Assembly: GCA_030390025.1 (NCBI GenBank)
Contig: CM059431.1
Coordinates: forward strand, 145,888,001-145,952,000
DNA length: 64,000 bases
Origin: Squalus acanthias
Lineage: Eukaryota
Direction of reading: 5' to 3'
This document shows positions 37,501 to 52,500 of the stretch, in pieces. A program made the translations under genes and the position numbers. Positions within the stretch are counted from its first letter, which is position 1. Every line of letters starts with the position of its first letter. The notes below the pieces were generated by a model. It was not told where the DNA came from. It was given only the letters and a program-made list of their open reading frames with translations, and searched no databases.

Positions 37501-40500
37501 ACACAGAGTGTACAATTACTGGAACACGGAGAGTGAGAGTGTCAGGGACAGAGAGTGTGCAATTACTGGAACACGGAGAGTGAGTGTGTGAAGGACACAG
37601 AGTGTACAATTACTGGAACACGGAGAGTGAGAGTGTGAGGGACACAGAGTGTACAATTACTGGAACACGGAGAGTGAGAGTGTGAGGGACACTGTGAAAT
37701 TATTGGAACACGGAGAGTGAGAGTGTGAGGGACACAGTGTGTGGAATTACTGGAACACGGAGAGTGAGAGTGTGAGGAACACAATGTGTTCAATTACTGG
37801 ATCACGGAGAGTGAGAGTGTGAGGGACACAGTGTGTGAATTACTGGAACATGGCGAGTGAGAGTGTGAGGGAAACAGAGTGTATAATTACTGGATTACGG
37901 AGAGTGAGCATGCGAGGGACACAGAGTGTACAATTACTGGAACATGGAGAGTGAGAGTGTGAGGGACACAGAGTACAATTGCTGGAACACGGAGAGTGAG
38001 AGTGTGAGGGACACATTGTGTGGAATTACTGGAACAAGGAGAGTGAGAGTGTGAGGAACACAGAGTGTACAATTACTGGAACACGGAGAGTGAGAGTGTC
38101 AGGGACAGAGAGTGTGCAATTACTGGAACACGGAGAGTGAGAGTGTGAGGGACACAGAGTGTTCAATTACTGGAACACGGAGAGTGAGAGTGTGAGGGAC
38201 ACTGTGAAATTATTGGAACACGGAGAGTGAGAGTGTGAGGGACACAGTGTGTGGAATTACTGGAACACGGAGAGTGAGAGTGTGAGGAACACAATGTGTT
38301 CAATTACTGGATCACGGAGAGTGAGAGTGTGAGGGACACAGTTTGTGAATTACTGGAACACGGAGAGTGAGAGTGTGAGGGAAACAGAGTGTATAATTAC
38401 TGGATTACGGAGAGTGAGCGTGCGAGGGACACAGAGTGTACAATTACTGGAACACGGAGAGTGAGAGTGTGAGGGACACAGAGTACAATTGCTGGAACAC
38501 GGAGAGTGAGAGTGTGAGGGACACAGAGTGTACAATTACTGGAAAATGGAGAGTGAGAGTGCGAGGGACACAGAGTGTACAATTGCTGCAACACGGAGAG
38601 TGAGAGTGTGAGGGACACAGAGTGTACAATTACTGGAACACGGAGAGTGAGTGTGTGAGGGCCACAGAGTGTACAATTACTGGAACACGGAGAGTGAGTG
38701 TGTGAGGGACACAGAGTATACAATTACTGGAACACAGAGAGTGAGAGTGTGAGGGACACAGAGTGTACAATTACTGGAACACGGAGAGTGCGAGTGTGAG
38801 GGACACAGTGTGTCCAATTACTGGAACACAGAGAGTGAGAGTGTGAGGGACACAGTATGTCCAATTACTGGAACACGGAGAGTGAGAGTGTCAGGGACAC
38901 AGTGTGTGCAATTACTGGAACACGGAGAGTGTCAGGGACACAATGTGTACAATTACTGGAACAAGGAGAGTGAGAGTGTCAGGGACACCGTGTGTACAAT
39001 TACTGGAACACGGAGAGTGAGAGTGCGAGGGACACAGAGTGTACAATTACTGGAACACGGAGAGTGAGAGTGTCAGGGACAGAGAGTGTGCAATTACTGG
39101 AACACGGAGAGTGAGTGTGTGAGGGACACAGAGTGTACAATTACTGGAACACGGAGAGTGAGAGTGTGAGGGACACAGTGTGTGAATTACTGGAACACGG
39201 AGAGTGAGAGTGTGAGGGAAACAGAGTGTATAATTACTGGATTACGGAGAGTGAGCATGCGAGGGACACAGAGTGTACAATTACTGGAACATGGAGAGTG
39301 AGAGTGTGAGGGACACAGAGTACAATTGCTGGAACACGGAGAGTGAGAGTGTGAGGGACACAGAGTGTACAATTACTGGAACATGGAGAGTGAGAGTGCG
39401 AGGGACACAGAGTGTACCATTGCTGGAACACGGAGAGTGAGAGTGTGAGGGACACAGAGTGTACAATTACTGGAACACGGAGAGTGAGAGTGTGAGGGAC
39501 ACAGAGTGTACAATTACTGGAACACGGAGAGTGAGAGTGTGAGGGACACAGAGAGTACAATTACTGGAACACGGAGAGTGCGAGTGTGAGGGACACAGTG
39601 TGTAACAATTACTGGAACACGGAGAGTGAGAGTGTGAGGGACACAGTGTGTAACAATTACTGGAACACGGAGAGTGAGAGTGTGAGGGACACAGTATGTC
39701 CAATTACTGGAACACGGAGAGTGAGAGTGTCAGGGACACAGTGTGTGCAATTACTGGAACACGGAGAATGTCAGGGACACAATGTGTACAATTACTGGAA
39801 CAAGGAGAGTGAGAGTGTCAGGGACACCGTGTGTACAATTACTGGATCATGGAGAGTGAGAGTGCGAGGGACACAGAGTGTACAATTACTGGAACACGGA
39901 GAGTGAGAGTGTCAGGGACAGAGAGTGTGCAATTACTGGAACACGGAGAGTGAGAGTGTGAGGGACACAGAATGTACAATTACTGGAACACGGAGAGTGA
40001 GAGTGTGAGGGAAACAGAATGTTCAATTACTGGAACAAGGAGAGTGAGAGTGTGAGGGACACAGTGAAATTACTGGAACACGGACAGTGAGAGTGTGAGG
40101 GACACAGTGTGTGGAATTACTGGAACACGGAGAGTGAGAGTGTGAGGAACACAGAGTGTTAATTATTGGATCACGGAGAGTGAGATTGTGAGGGACACAG
40201 AGTGTTCAATTACTGGATCACGGAGAGTGTCAGGGACAGAGAGTGTGAAATTACTGGAACAAGGAGAGTGAGAGTGTGAGGGACACAGTGAAATTACTGG
40301 AACACGGACAGTGAGAGTGTGAGGGACACAGTGTGTGGAATTACTGGAACACGGAGAGTGAGAGTGTGAGGGACACAGAGTGTTCAATTACTGGATCACG
40401 GAGAGTGAGAGTGTGAGGGACACATTGTGTGAATTACTGGAACACGGAGAGTGAGAGTGTGAGGGAAACAGAGTGTATAATTACTGGATTACGGAGAGTG

Positions 40501-43500
40501 AGCATGCGAGGGACACAGAGTGTACAATTACTGGAACACGGAGAGTGAGAGTGTGAGGGACACAGAGTACAATTGCTGGAACACGGAGAGTGAGAGTGTG
40601 AGGGACACAGAGTGTACAATTACTGGAACATGGAGAGTGAGAGTGTGAGGAACAGAGAGTGTACAATTGCTGGAACACGGAGAGTGTGAGGGACACAGAG
40701 TGTACAATTACTGGAACACGGAGAGTGAGAGTGTGAGGGACACAGTGTGTACAATTACTGGAACACGGAGAGTGAGAGTGTGAGGGACACAGTATGTCCA
40801 ATTACTGGAACACGGAGAGTGAGAGTGTCAGGGACACAGTGTGTGCAATTACTGGAACACGGAGAGTGTCAGGGACACAATGTGTACAATTACTGGAACA
40901 AGGAGAGTGAGAGTGTCAGGGACACCGTGGGTACAATTACTGGAACACGGAGAGTGAGAGTGCGAGGGACACAGAGTGTACAATTACAGGAACACGGAGA
41001 GTGAGAGTGTCAGGGACAGAGAGTGTGCAATTACTGGAACACGGAGAGTGAGTGTGTGAGGGACACAGAGTGTACAATTACTGGAACACGGAGAGTGAGA
41101 GTGTGAGGGACACTGTGAAATTATTGGAACACGGAGAGTGAGAGTGTGAGGGACACAGTGTGTGGAATTACTGGAACACGGAGAGTGAGAGTGTGAGGAA
41201 CACAATGTGTTCAATTACTGGATCACGGAGAGTGAGAGTGTGAGGGACACAGTGTGTGAATTACTGGAACACGGAGAGTGAGAGTGTGAGGGAAACAGAG
41301 TGTATAATTACTGGATTACGGAGAGTGAGCATGCGAGGGACACAGAGTGTACAATTACTGGAACATGGAGAGTGAGAGTGTGAGGGACACAGAGTACAAT
41401 TGCTGGAACACGGAGAGTGAGAGTGTGAGGGACACATTGTGTGGAATTACTGGAACAAGGAGAGTGAGAGTGTGAGGAACACAGAGTGTACAATTACTGG
41501 AACACGGAGAGTGAGAGTGTGAGGGACACTGTGAAATTATTGGAACACGGAGAGTGAGAGTGTGAGGGACACAGTGTGTGGAATTACTGGAACACGGAGA
41601 GTGAGAGTGTGAGGAACACAATGTGTTCAATTACTGGATCACGGAGAGTGAGAGTGTGAGGGACACAGTTTGTGAATTACTGGAACACGGAGAGTGAGAG
41701 TGTGAGGGAAACAGAGTGTATAATTACTGGATTACGGAGAGTGAGCGTGCGAGGGACACAGAGTGTACAATTACTGGAACACGGAGAGTGAGAGTGTGAG
41801 GGACACAGAGTACAATTGCTGGAACACGGAGAGTGAGAGTGTGAGGGACACAGAGTGTACAATTACTGGAAAATGGAGAGTGAGAGTGCGAGGGACACAG
41901 AGTGTACAATTGCTGCAACACGGAGAGTGAGAGTGTGAGGGACACAGAGTGTACAATTACTGGAACACGGAGAGTGAGTGTGTGAGGGCCACAGAGTGTA
42001 CAATTACTGGAACACGGAGAGTGAGTGTGTGAGGGACACAGAGTATACAATTACTGGAACACAGAGAGTGAGAGTGTGAGGGACACAGAGTGTACAATTA
42101 CTGGAACACGGAGAGTGCGAGTGTGAGGGACACAGTGTGTCCAATTACTGGAACACAGAGAGTGAGAGTGTGAGGGACACAGTATGTCCAATTACTGGAA
42201 CACGGAGAGTGAGAGTGTCAGGGACACAGTGTGTGCAATTACTGGAACACGGAGAGTGTCAGGGACACAATGTGTACAATTACTGGAACAAGGAGAGTGA
42301 GAGTGTCAGGGACACCGTGTGTACAATTACTGGAACACGGAGAGTGAGAGTGCGAGGGACACAGAGTGTACAATTACTGGAACACGGAGAGTGAGAGTGT
42401 CAGGGACAGAGAGTGTGCAATTACTGGAACACGGAGAGTGAGTGTGTGAGGGACACAGAGTGTACAATTACTGGAACACGGAGAGTGAGAGTGTGAGGGA
42501 CACAGTGTGTGAATTACTGGAACACGGAGAGTGAGAGTGTGAGGGAAACAGAGTGTATAATTACTGGATTACGGAGAGTGAGCATGCGAGGGACACAGAG
42601 TGTACAATTACTGGAACATGGAGAGTGAGAGTGTGAGGGACACAGAGTACAATTGCTGGAACACGGAGAGTGAGAGTGTGAGGGACACAGAGTGTACAAT
42701 TACTGGAACATGGAGAGTGAGAGTGCGAGGGACACAGAGTGTACCATTGCTGGAACACGGAGAGTGAGAGTGTGAGGGACACAGAGTGTACAATTACTGG
42801 AACACGGAGAGTGAGAGTGTGAGGGACACAGAGTGTACAATTACTGGAACACGGAGAGTGAGAGTGTGAGGGACACAGAGAGTACAATTACTGGAACACG
42901 GAGAGTGCGAGTGTGAGGGACACAGTGTGTAACAATTACTGGAACACGGAGAGTGAGAGTGTGAGGGACACAGTGTGTAACAATTACTGGAACACGGAGA
43001 GTGAGAGTGTGAGGGACACAGTATGTCCAATTACTGGAACACGGAGAGTGAGAGTGTCAGGGACACAGTGTGTGCAATTACTGGAACACGGAGAATGTCA
43101 GGGACACAATGTGTACAATTACTGGAACAAGGAGAGTGAGAGTGTCAGGGACACCGTGTGTACAATTACTGGATCACGGAGAGTGAGAGTGCGAGGGACA
43201 CAGAGTGTACAATTACTGGAACACGGAGAGTGAGAGTGTCAGGGACAGAGAGTGTGCAATTACTGGAACACGGAGAGTGAGAGTGTGAGGGACACAGAAT
43301 GTACAATTACTGGAACACGGAGAGTGAGAGTGTGAGGGAAACAGAATGTTCAATTACTGGAACAAGGAGAGTGAGAGTGTGAGGGACACAGTGAAATTAC
43401 TGGAACACGGACAGTGAGAGTGTGAGGGACACAGTGTGTGGAATTACTGGAACACGGAGAGTGAGAGTGTGAGGAACACAGAGTGTTAATTATTGGATCA

Positions 43501-46500
43501 CGGAGAGTGAGATTGTGAGGGACACAGAGTGTTCAATTACTGGATCACGGAGAGTGTCAGGGACAGAGAGTGTGAAATTACTGGAACAAGGAGAGTGAGA
43601 GTGTGAGGGACACAGTGAAATTACTGGAACACGGACAGTGAGAGTGTGAGGGACACAGTGTGTGGAATTACTGGAACACGGAGAGTGAGAGTGTGAGGGA
43701 CACAGAGTGTTCAATTACTGGATCACGGAGAGTGAGAGTGTGAGGGACACATTGTGTGAATTACTGGAACACGGAGAGTGAGAGTGTGAGGGAAACAGAG
43801 TGTATAATTACTGGATTACGGAGAGTGAGCATGCGAGGGACACAGAGTGTACAATTACTGGAACACGGAGAGTGAGAGTGTGAGGGACACAGAGTACAAT
43901 TGCTGGAACACGGAGAGTGAGAGTGTGAGGGACACAGAGTGTACAATTACTGGAACATGGAGAGTGAGAGTGTGAGGAACAGAGAGTGTACAATTGCTGG
44001 AACACGGAGAGTGTGAGGGACACAGAGTGTACAATTACTGGAACACGGAGAGTGAGAGTGTGAGGGACACAGTGTGTACAATTACTGGAACACGGAGAGT
44101 GAGAGTGTGAGGGACACAGTATGTCCAATTACTGGAACACGGAGAGTGAGAGTGTCAGGGACACAGTGTGTGCAATTACTGGAACACGGAGAGTGTCAGG
44201 GACACAATGTGTACAATTACTGGAACAAGGAGAGTGAGAGTGTCAGGGACACCGTGGGTACAATTACTGGAACACGGAGAGTGAGAGTGCGAGGGACACA
44301 GAGTGTACAATTACAGGAACACGGAGAGTGAGAGTGTCAGGGACAGAGAGTGTGCAATTACTGGAACACGGAGAGTGAGTGTGTGAGGGACACAGAGTGT
44401 ACAATTACTGGAACACGGAGAGTGAGAGTGTGAGGGACACTGTGAAATTATTGGAACACGGAGAGTGAGAGTGTGAGGGACACAGTGTGTGGAATTACTG
44501 GAACACGGAGAGTGAGAGTGTGAGGAACACAATGTGTTCAATTACTGGATCACGGAGAGTGAGAGTGTGAGGGACACAGTGTGTGAATTACTGGAACACG
44601 GAGAGTGAGAGTGTGAGGGAAACAGAGTGTATAATTACTGGATTACGGAGAGTGAGCATGCGAGGGACACAGAGTGTACAATTACTGGAACATGGAGAGT
44701 GAGAGTGTGAGGGACACAGAGTACAATTGCTGGAACACGGAGAGTGAGAGTGTGAGGGACACAGAGTGTACAATTACTGGAACATGGAGAGTGAGAGTGC
44801 GAGGGACACAGAGTGTACCATTGCTGGAACACGGAGAGTGAGAGTGTGAGGGACACAGAGTGTACAATTACTGGAACACGGAGAGTGAGAGTGTGAGGGA
44901 CACAGAGTGTACAATTACTGGAACACGGAGAGTGAGAGTGTGAGGGACACAGAGTGTACAATTACTGGAACACGGAGAGTGCGAGTGTGAGGGACACAGT
45001 GTGTAACAATTACTGGAACACGGAGAGTGAGAGTGTGAGGGACACAGTGTGTAACAATTACTGGAACACGGAGAGTGAGAGTGTGAGGGACACAGTATGT
45101 CCAATTACTGGAACACGGAGAGTGAGAGTGTCAGGGACACAGTGTGTGCAATTACTGGAACACGGAGAGTGTCAGGGACACAATGTGTACAATTACTGGA
45201 ACAAGGAGAGTGAGAGTGTCAGGGACACCGTGTGTACAATTACTGGATCACGGAGAGTGAGAGTGTCAGGGACAGAGAGTGTGCAATTACTGGAACACGG
45301 AGAGTGAGAGTGTGAGGGACACAGAATGTACAATTACTGGAACACGGAGAGTGAGAGTGTGAGGGAAACAGAATGTTCAATTACTGGAACAAGGAGAGTG
45401 AGAGTGTGAGGGACACAGTGAAATTACTGGAACACGGACAGTGAGAGTGTGAGGGACACAGTGTGTGGAATCACTGGAACACGGAGAGTGAGAGTGTGAG
45501 GAACACAGAGTGTTAATTATTGGATCACGGAGAGTGAGAGTGTGAGGGACACAGAGTGTTCAATTACTGGATCACGGAGAGTGTCAGGGACAGAGATTGT
45601 GAAATTACTGGAACAAGGAGAGTGAGAATGTGAGGGACACAGTGAAATTACTGGAACACGGAGAGTGAGAGTGTGAGGGACACAGTGTGTGGAATTACTG
45701 GAACACGGAGAGTGAGAGTGTGAGGAACACAGAGTGTTAATTATTGGATCACGGAGAGTGAGAGTGTGAGGGACACAGAGTGTTCAATTACTGGATCACG
45801 GAGAGTGAGAGTGTGAGGGACACATTGTGTGAATTACTGGAACACGGAGAGTGAGAGTGTGAGGGAAACAGAGTGTATAATTACTGGATTACGGAGAGTG
45901 AGCATGCGAGGGACACAGAGTGTACAATTACTGGAACACGGAGAGTGAGAGTGTGAGGGACACAGAGTACAATTGCTGGAACACGGAGAGTGAAAGTGTG
46001 AGGGACACAGAGTGTACAATTACTGGAACATGGAGAGTGAGAGTGTGAGGAACAGAGAGTGTACAATTGCTGGAACACGGAGAGTGAGAGTGTGAGGGAC
46101 ACAGAGTGTACAATTACTGGAACACGGTGAGTGAGAGTGTGAGGGACACAGAGTGTACAATTACTGGAACACGGAGAGTGAGAGTGTGAGGGACACAGTG
46201 TGTACAATTACTGGAACACGGAGAGTGAGAGTGTGAGGGACACAGTATGTCCAATTACTGGAACACGGAGAGTGAGAGTGTCAGGGACACAGTGTGTGCA
46301 ATTACTGGAACACGGAGAGTGAGAGTGTCAGGGACACCGTGTGTACAATTACTGGAACACGGAGAGTGAGAGTGCGAGGGACACAGAGTGTACAATTACT
46401 GGAACACGGAGAGTGAGAGTGTCAGGGACAGAGAGTGTGCAATTACTGGAACACGGAGAGTGAGAGTGCGAGGGACACAGAATGTTTAATTACTGGAACA

Positions 46501-49500
46501 CGGAGTGTGTGAGGGACACAGAGTGTTCAATTACTGGAACACGGAGAGTGAGAGTGTCAGGGACACAGAGTACAATTGCTGGAACACGGAGAGTGAGAGT
46601 GTGAGGGACACAGAGTGTACAATTACTGGAACATGGAGAGTGAGAGTGTGAGGAACAGAGAGTGTACAATTGCTGGAACACGGAGAGTGAGAGTGTGAGG
46701 GACACAGAGTGTACAATTACTGGAACACGGAGAGTGAGAGTGTGAGGGACACAGAGTGTACAATTACTGGAACACGGAGAGTGAGAGTGTGAGGGACACA
46801 GTGTGTACAATTACTGGAACACGGAGAGTGAGAGTGTGAGGGACACAATGTGTGGAATTACTGGAACACGGAGAGTGAGAGTGTGAGGGACACAGAGTGT
46901 AAAATTACTGGAACACGGAGAGTGAGAGTGTCAGGGACAGAGATTGTGCAATTACTGGAAAACGGAGAGTGAGTGTGTGAGGGACACAGAGTGTACAATT
47001 ACTGGAACACGGAGAGTGAGAGTGTGAGGGACACAGAGTGTACAATTACTGGAACACGGAGAGTGAGAGTGTCAGGGACACAGTATGTCCAATTACTGGA
47101 ACACGGAGAGTGAGAGTGTGAGGAACACAATGTGTTCAATTACTGGATCACGGAGAGTGAGAGTGTGAGGGACACAGTGTGTGAATTACTGGAACACGGA
47201 GAGTGAGAGTGTGAGGGAAACAGAGTGGATAATTACTGGATTACGGAGAGTGAGCATGCGAGGGACACAGAGTGTACAATTACTGGAACATGGAGAGTGA
47301 GAGTGTGAGGGACACAGAGTACAATTGCTGGAACACGGAGAGTGAGAGTGTGAGGGACACAGAGTGTACAATTACTGGAACATGGAGAGTGAGAGTGCGA
47401 GGGACACAGAGTGTACCATTGCTGGAACACGGAGAGTGAGAGTGTGAGGGACACAGAGTGTACAATTACTGGAACACGGAGAGTGAGAGTGTGAGGGACA
47501 CAGTGTGTACAATTACTGGAACACGGAGAGTGAGAGTGTGAGGGACACAATGTGTGGAATTACTGGAACACGGAGAGTGAGAGTGTGAGGGACACAGAGT
47601 GTAAAATTACTGGAACACGGAGAGTGAGAGTGTCAGGGACAGAGATTGTGCAATTACTGGAAAACGGAGAGTGAGTGTGTGAGGGACACAGAGTGTACAA
47701 TTACTGGAACACGGAGAGTGAGAGTGTGAGGGACACAGAGTGTACAATTACTGGAACACGGAGAGTGAGAGTGTGAGGGACACAGAGTGTACAATTACTG
47801 GAACACGGAGAGTGAGAGTGTGAGGGACACAGTATGTCCAATTACTGGAACACGGAGAGTGAGAGTGTGAGGAACACAATGTGTTCAATTACTGGATCAC
47901 GGAGAGTGAGAGTGTGAGGGACACAGTGTGTGAATTACTGGAACACGGAGAGTGAGAGTGTGAGGGAAACAGAGTGTATAATTACTGGATTACGGAGAGT
48001 GAGCATGCGAGGGACACAGAGTGTACAATTACTGGAACATGGAGAGTGAGAGTGTGAGTGACACAGAGTACAATTGCTGGAACACGGAGAGTGAGAGTGT
48101 GAGGGACACAGAGTGTACAATTACTGGAACATGGAGAGTGAGAGTGCGAGGGACACAGAGTGTACCATTGCTGGAACACGGAGAGTGAGAGTGTGAGGGA
48201 CACAGAGTGTACAATTACTGGAACACGGAGAGTGAGAGTGTGAGGGACACAGAGTGTACAATTACTGGAACACGGAGAGTGAGAGTGTGAGGGACACAGA
48301 GTGTACAATTACTGGAACACGGAGAGTGCGAGTGTGAGGGACACAGTGTGTAACAATTACTGGAACACGGAGAGTGAGAGTGTGAGGGTCACAGTGTGTA
48401 ACAATTACTGGAACACGGAGAGTGAGAGTGTGAGGGACACAGTATGTCCAATTACTGGAACACGGAGAGTGAGAGTGTCAGGGACACAGTGTGTGCAATT
48501 ACTGGAACACGGAGAATGTCAGGGACACAATGTGTACAATTACTGGAACAAGGAGAGTGAGAGTGTCAGGGACACCGTGTGTACAATTACTGGATCACGG
48601 AGAGTGAGAGTGCGAGGGACACAGAGTGTACAATTACTGGAACACGGAGAGTGAGAGTGTCAGGGACAGAGAGTGTGCAATTACTGGAACACGGAGAGTG
48701 TGAGTGTGAGGGACACAGAATGTACAATTACTGGAACACGGAGAGTGAGAGTGTGAGGGAAACAGAATGTTCAATTACTGGAACAAGGAGAGTGAGAGTG
48801 TGAGGGACACAGTGAAATTACTGGAACACGGACAGTGAGAGTGTGAGGGACACAGTGTGTGGAATTACTGGAACACGGAGAGTGAGAGTGTGAGGAACAC
48901 AGAGTGTTAATTATTGGATCACGGAGAGTGAGAGTGTGAGGGACACAGAGTGTTCAATTACTGGATCACGGAGAGTGTCAGGGACAGAGAGTGTGAAATT
49001 ACTGGAACAAGGAGAGTGAGAGTGTGAGGGACACAGTGAAATTACTGGAACACGGACAGTGAGAGTGTGAGGGACACAGTGTGTGGAATTACTGGAACAC
49101 GGAGAGTGAGAGTGTGAGGAACACAGAGTGTTAATTATTGGATCACGGAGAGTGAGAGTGTGAGGGACACAGAGTGTTCAATTACTGGAACACGGAGAGT
49201 GAGAGTGTGAGGGACACAGAGTACAATTGCTGGAACACGGAGAGTGAGAGTGTGAGGGACACAGAGTGCACAATTACTGGAACATGGAGAGTGAGAGTGC
49301 GAGGGACACAGAGTGTACAATTGCTGGAACACGGAGAGTGAGAGTGTGAGGGACACAGAGTGTACAATTACTGGAACACGGAGAGTGAGTGTGTGAGGGC
49401 CACAGAGTGTACAATTACTGGAACACGGAGAGTGAGTGTGTGAGGGACACAGAGTGTACCATTACTGGAACACAGAGAGTGAGAGTGTGAGGGACACAGA

Positions 49501-52500
49501 GTGTACAATTACTGGAACACGGAGAGTGCGAGTGTGAGGGACACAGTGTGTGACAATTACTGGAACACGGAGAGTGAGAGTGTGAGGGACACCGTATATA
49601 CAATTACTGGAACACGGAGAGTGAGAGTGTGAGGGACACAGTATGTCCAATTACTGGAACACGGAGAGTGAGAGTGTGAGGGACACAGTATGTCCAATTA
49701 CTGGAACACGGAGAGTGAGAGTGTCAGGGACACAGTGTGTGCAATTACTGGAACACGGAGAGTGTCAGGGACACAATGTGTACAATTACTGGAACAAGGA
49801 GAGTGAGAGTGTCAGGGACACCGTGTGTACAACTACTGGAACACGGAGAGTGAGAGTGCGAGGGACACAGAGTGTACAATTACTGGAACACGGAGAGTGA
49901 GAGTGTCAGGGACAGAGAGTGTGCAATTACTGGAACACGGAGAGTGAGTGTGTGAGGGACACAGAGTGTACAATTACTGGAACACGGAGAGTGAGAGTGT
50001 GAGGGACACTGTGAAATTATTGGAACACGGAGAGTGAGAGTGTCAGGGACACAGTGTGTGGAATTACTGGAACACGGAGAGTGAGAGTGTGAGGAACACA
50101 ATGTGTTCAATTACTGGATCACGGAGAGTGAGAGTGTGAGGGACACAGTGTGTGAAATTACTGGAACACGGAGAGTGAGAGTGTGAGGGAAACAGAGTGT
50201 ATAATTACTGGATTACGGAGAGTGAGAGAGCGAGGGACACAGAGTGTACAATTACTGAAACACGGAGAGTGAGAGTGTGAGGGACACAGAGTACAATTGC
50301 TGGAACACGGAGAGTGAGAGTGTGAGGGACACAGAGTGTACAATTACTGGAACATGGAGAGCGAGAGTGCGAGGGACACAGAGTGTACCATTGCTGGAAC
50401 ACGGAGAGTGAGAGTGTGAGGGACACAGAGTGTACAATTACTGGAACACGGAGAGTGAGAGTGTGAGGGACACAGAGTGTACAATTACTGGAACACGGAG
50501 AGTGAGAGTGTGAGGGACACAGAGTGTACAATTACTGGAACACGGAGAGTGCGAGTGTGAGGGACACAGTGTGTAACAATTACTGGAACACGGAGAGTGA
50601 GAGTGTGAGGGACACAGTGTGTAACAATTACTGGAACACGGAGAGTGAGAGTGTGAGGGACACAGTATGTCCAATTACTGGAACACGGAGAGTGAGAGTG
50701 TCAGGGACACAGTGTGTGCAATTACTGGAACACGGAGAGTGTCAGGGACACAATGTGTACAATTACTGGAACAAGGAGAGTGAGAGTGTCAGGGACACCG
50801 TGTGTACAATTACTGGATCACGGAGAGTGAGAGTGCGAGGGACACAGAGTGTACAATTACTGGAACACGGAGAGTGAGAGTGTCAGGGACAGAGAGTGTG
50901 CAATTACTGGAACACGGAGAGTGAGAGTGTGAGGGACACAGAATGTACAATTACTGGAACACGGAGAGTGAGAGTGTGAGGGAAACAGAATGTTCAATTA
51001 CTGGAACAAGGAGAGTGAGAGTGTGAGGGACACAGTGAAATTACTGGAACACGGACAGTGAGAGTGTGAGGGACACAGTGTGTGGAATTACTGGAACACG
51101 GAGAGTGAGAGTGTGAGGAACACAGAGTGTTAATTATTGGATCACGGAGAGTGAGAGTGTGAGGGACACAGAGTGTTCAATTACTGGATCACGGAGAGTG
51201 TCAGGGACAGAGATTGTGAAATTACTGGAACAAGGAGAGTGAGAGTGTGAGGGACACAGTGAAATTACTGGAACACAGAGAGTGAGAGTGTGAGGGACAC
51301 AGTGTGTGGAATTACTGGAACACGGAGAGTGAGAGTGTGAGGAACACAGAGTGTTAATTATTGGATCACGGAGAGTGAGAGTGTGAGGGACACAGAGTGT
51401 TCAATTACTGGATCACGGAGAGTGAGAGTGTGAGGGACACATTGTGTGAATTACTGGAACACGGAGAGTGAGAGTGTGAGGGAAACAGAGTGTATAATTA
51501 CTGGATTACGGAGAGTGAGCATGCGAGGGACACAGAGTGTACAATTACTGGAACACGGAGATTGAGAGTGTGAGGGACACAGAGTACAATTGCTGGAACA
51601 CGGAGAGTGAGAGTGTGAGGGACACAGAGTGTACAATTACTGGAACATGGAGAGTGAGAGTGTGAGGAACAGAGAGTGTACAATTGCTGGAACACGGAGA
51701 GTGAGAGTGTGAGGGACACAGAGTGTACAATTACTGGAACACGGAGAGTGAGAGTGTGAGGGACACAGAGTGTACAATTACTGGAACACGGAGAGTGAGA
51801 GTGTGAGGGACACAGTGTGTACAATTACTGGAACACGGAGAGTGAGAGTGTGAGGGACACAATGTGTGGAATTACTGGAACACGGAGAGTGAGAGTGTGA
51901 GGGACACAGAGTGTAAAATTACTGGAACACGGAGAGTGAGAGTGTCAGGGACAGAGATTGTGCAATTACTGGAAAACGGAGAGTGAGTGTGTGAGGGACA
52001 CAGAGTGTACAATTACTGGAACACGGAGAGTGAGAGTGTGAGGGACACAGAGTGTACAATTACTGGAACACGGAGAGTGAGAGTGTGAGGGACACAGAGT
52101 GTACAATTACTGGAACACGGAGAGTGAGAGTGTGAGGGACACAGTATGTCCAATTACTGGAACACGGAGAGTGAGAGTGTGAGGGACACAGTGTGTAACA
52201 ATTACTTGAACACGGAGAGTGAGAGTGTGAGGGACACAGTATGTCCAATTACTGGAACACGGAGAGTGAGAGTGTCAGGGACACAGTGTGTGCAATTACT
52301 GGAACACGGAGAGTGAGAGTGTCAGGGACACCGTGTGTACAATTACTGGAACACGGAGAGTGAGAGTGCGAGGGACACAGAGTGTACAATTACTGGAACA
52401 CGGAGAGTGAGAGTGTCAGGGACAGAGAGTGTGCAATTACTGGAACACGGAGAGTGAGAGTGCGAGGGACACAGAATGTTTAATTACTGGAACACGGAGT

